Assembly (NCBI RefSeq): GCF_030405905.1
Contig: NZ_JASATW010000040.1
Coordinates: 5,008-29,007, forward strand
DNA: 24,000 bases
Reading direction: 5' to 3'
Origin: Sphaerothrix gracilis Ecp01
GTDB taxonomy: Bacteria; Cyanobacteriota; Cyanobacteriia; Phormidesmidales; Phormidesmidaceae
Shown here piece after piece: positions 23,401 through 24,000 of the stretch (within the stretch, counting starts at the first letter, position 1; each line of letters starts with the position of its first letter). The notes below the pieces were generated by a model. The model saw only the letters and a program-made list of their open reading frames with translations. It was not told where the DNA came from and ran no database searches. The translations under genes were made by a program, and so were the position numbers.

Positions 23401-24000
23401 ACCGTCTTTAGCCCTAATGGAGAGTGGTTGGCTACGGGCAGCGGTGATGGCACTGTGCGACTCTGGGATATAAATCGACGGCAATGTGCTCATACTTTCA
23501 CTGGGCACAACGATTGGGTCAATGCAGTTGCTTTTAGTCCTAATGGAAAATTTTTAGCTGCAGGCGGTGGTAATGGAATTATTCTGTGGGACGTACAACA
23601 GCGACAATGTGCTTATGCCTTCAACGACCAAAACGATTGGGTTAATGCAGTTGCCTTCAGTCCTGATGGAAAATGGTTGGCCACTGGTAGTGAAGATGCG
23701 ACCGTCCGACTGTGGGATATGAAGCAAAGGCAATGTGTTCATACCTTTCTCGGCCACACTGCTGCGATCAACTCAATTGCTTTTAGTCCTGATGGAAAAT
23801 GGTTGGCCACAGGCAGCGGTGATAGCAGCGTCCGACTGTGGGATTTTGAAACAAGAGCATGCTCAAATATATTACCTTTGCCGGGTCTATATGAAGGTAC
23901 AAATATCTACGAGGCACAAGGTCTTACCAACGCACAGCGAAGTATGATGCTGGCACTCGGCGCAATCGACTGCTCATCCAACGAACATTACGAAAGTTGA
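20428..24000 (+). CDS. NB-ARC/AP-ATPase-type STAND NTPase with an N-terminal XRE-like HTH and 14 C-terminal WD40 repeats.
   Basis: The track ORF starts at a GTG at 20371. I prefer the ATG at 20428 (MNQRSNRCRGVMLTPHG...), which aligns with the start of the preceding paralogous N-domain. Walker A is LLGMGGIGKTSLA and Walker B is CLLVLDNLES. There are 14 units of the form GH..V.SVAFSPDGK.LATGS.D.TVRLWD. The stop TGA falls at 23998-24000. Confidence 0.9.
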   Translation: MNQRSNRCRGVMLTPHGLSRLGEAILTAQDIEKFGAHFTQIELSERANLSIKTLKKIRDLSAPVDEASVRSFFRAFDLELETADYGRAEKSPQQSESQASNSDPSLAPKIDWGEKPDTAIFFGRTEEVATLGQWVMEERCRVVTLLGMGGIGKTSLAAKLADQIYEQFDYVIWRSLREAPPLDEILVRLIQFLSDQQETEINLPSRLGERIIRLLHYLREYRCLLVLDNLESILQAESTGQFRNGHEGYGELIHRIGEAEHQSCLLLTSRECPRELALMAGNRLLVRLWSVTGIDTDAGREILKTKGLELEDADTQGQELIRRYSGNPQALHLVATAIQREFLGDVNDFLEEEGAAVEDVHSLLDQHLTRLAPLERSILFWLAINREPVGLDELMEDLLPSVTKREVRSALRGLSDRYLIETVGKQFTLQNVIMEFATDRFIEQIVRELETQKFDLFHTHALIKATAKDYVRETQIRLILTSLITKFDNLKIQVNSALLSIKKNSCWRKGYAAGNLLNILCQTQPEVSQFNFSQLTLRQAYLKGIRLNALDLSNTNFCKPALTYPFGQVYSVAFSPNGKWLATTSSDATIRLWNIEEQCCVYTLISNISGFNFVAFSPDGKQLVTRSHDTSVRLWDIEQQQYVRTFTGHEAWVISVAFSPDGKQFATGSQDTTVRLWDVAQQRCIHIFIGHSKMVRSVAFSPDGKYLATGSNDTTVRLWDVAQQRCIHIFIGHSKMVRSVAFSPDGKHLATGSNDTTVRLWDVAQQRCIHIFIGHSKMVRSVAFSPDGKYLATGSGDTTIRLWDTGQQQCIHTFTGHTAWVRSVAFSPNGKWLATGSRDTTIRLWDLEQQQCIHTFTGHAAWIISIAFSPDGKWLATGSRDAIVQLWDTRQRQCIHTSNSHTAWVSTVAFSPDGKWLATGSGDTTVQLWDIEQWKCIYTFKDNNDWIISVAFSPNGKWLAVGTADATLQLWDIEQIRCIYTFDGHSAEVISTVFSPNGEWLATGSGDGTVRLWDINRRQCAHTFTGHNDWVNAVAFSPNGKFLAAGGGNGIILWDVQQRQCAYAFNDQNDWVNAVAFSPDGKWLATGSEDATVRLWDMKQRQCVHTFLGHTAAINSIAFSPDGKWLATGSGDSSVRLWDFETRACSNILPLPGLYEGTNIYEAQGLTNAQRSMMLALGAIDCSSNEHYES
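22441..22818 (+). repeat. Three tandem, virtually identical 126-bp WD40-coding units.
   Basis: Units at 22441-22566, 22567-22692 and 22693-22818 each begin ACCACCGTGCGGTTGTGGGATGTTGCGCAGCAGAGATGTATCCATATCTTCATCGGTCACTCAAAGATGGTGAGGTCAGTTGCTTTTAGTCCCGATGGAAAA. Units 1 and 2 differ only at TAT versus CAT (Y/H). Unit 3 diverges only in its last ~15 nt. Confidence 0.9.

Overview
All calls below come from reading the sequence and recognising motifs by eye; no database or HMM search was possible. The DNA looks cyanobacterial: the GC-richer parts carry many HIP1 octamers (GCGATCGC), e.g. near 1299, 1460, 1898, 2822, 4955, 6073, 8049, 10118, 15510 and 21672.

The core of the window (about 2.0-16.0 kb) is one accessory locus. 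It is a predicted vWA-MoxR-VMAP ternary NTPase conflict system with these parts: a trypco2 protein, a CHAT caspase-like peptidase with a C-terminal effector-associated domain (EAD), an EAD-bearing VMAP-like adaptor, a MoxR AAA+ ATPase, and a SAV_2336-type vWA protein.

Its putative sensor modules are four FGE-sulfatase (C-type-lectin-fold) domains, three standalone and one fused to the vWA protein. Each ends in a ~125-bp variable repeat (VR).

A diversity-generating retroelement (DGR) is embedded in the locus. Avd and the reverse transcriptase lie on the minus strand, and a 125-bp AAC-rich template repeat (TR) lies on the plus strand. TR/VR differences fall almost only on TR adenines.

The RT gene has been split by an IS1634-family insertion with 18-bp inverted repeats (IRs) and a 6-bp CTGTAA duplication. 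The authentic RT C-terminus is still readable 1.7 kb away, so the diversifier is probably disabled at present.

The locus is bracketed by mobile-element debris: an IS6-like fragment at 1.6 kb and an IS21 remnant with an istB pseudogene at 16.4-17.3 kb.

To the left is a partial TPR protein gene. To the right are two tandem STAND NTPases, a NACHT protein and an NB-ARC protein with 14 WD40 repeats. They share an N-terminal XRE-like HTH domain, and the WD40 array contains three virtually identical 126-bp units.
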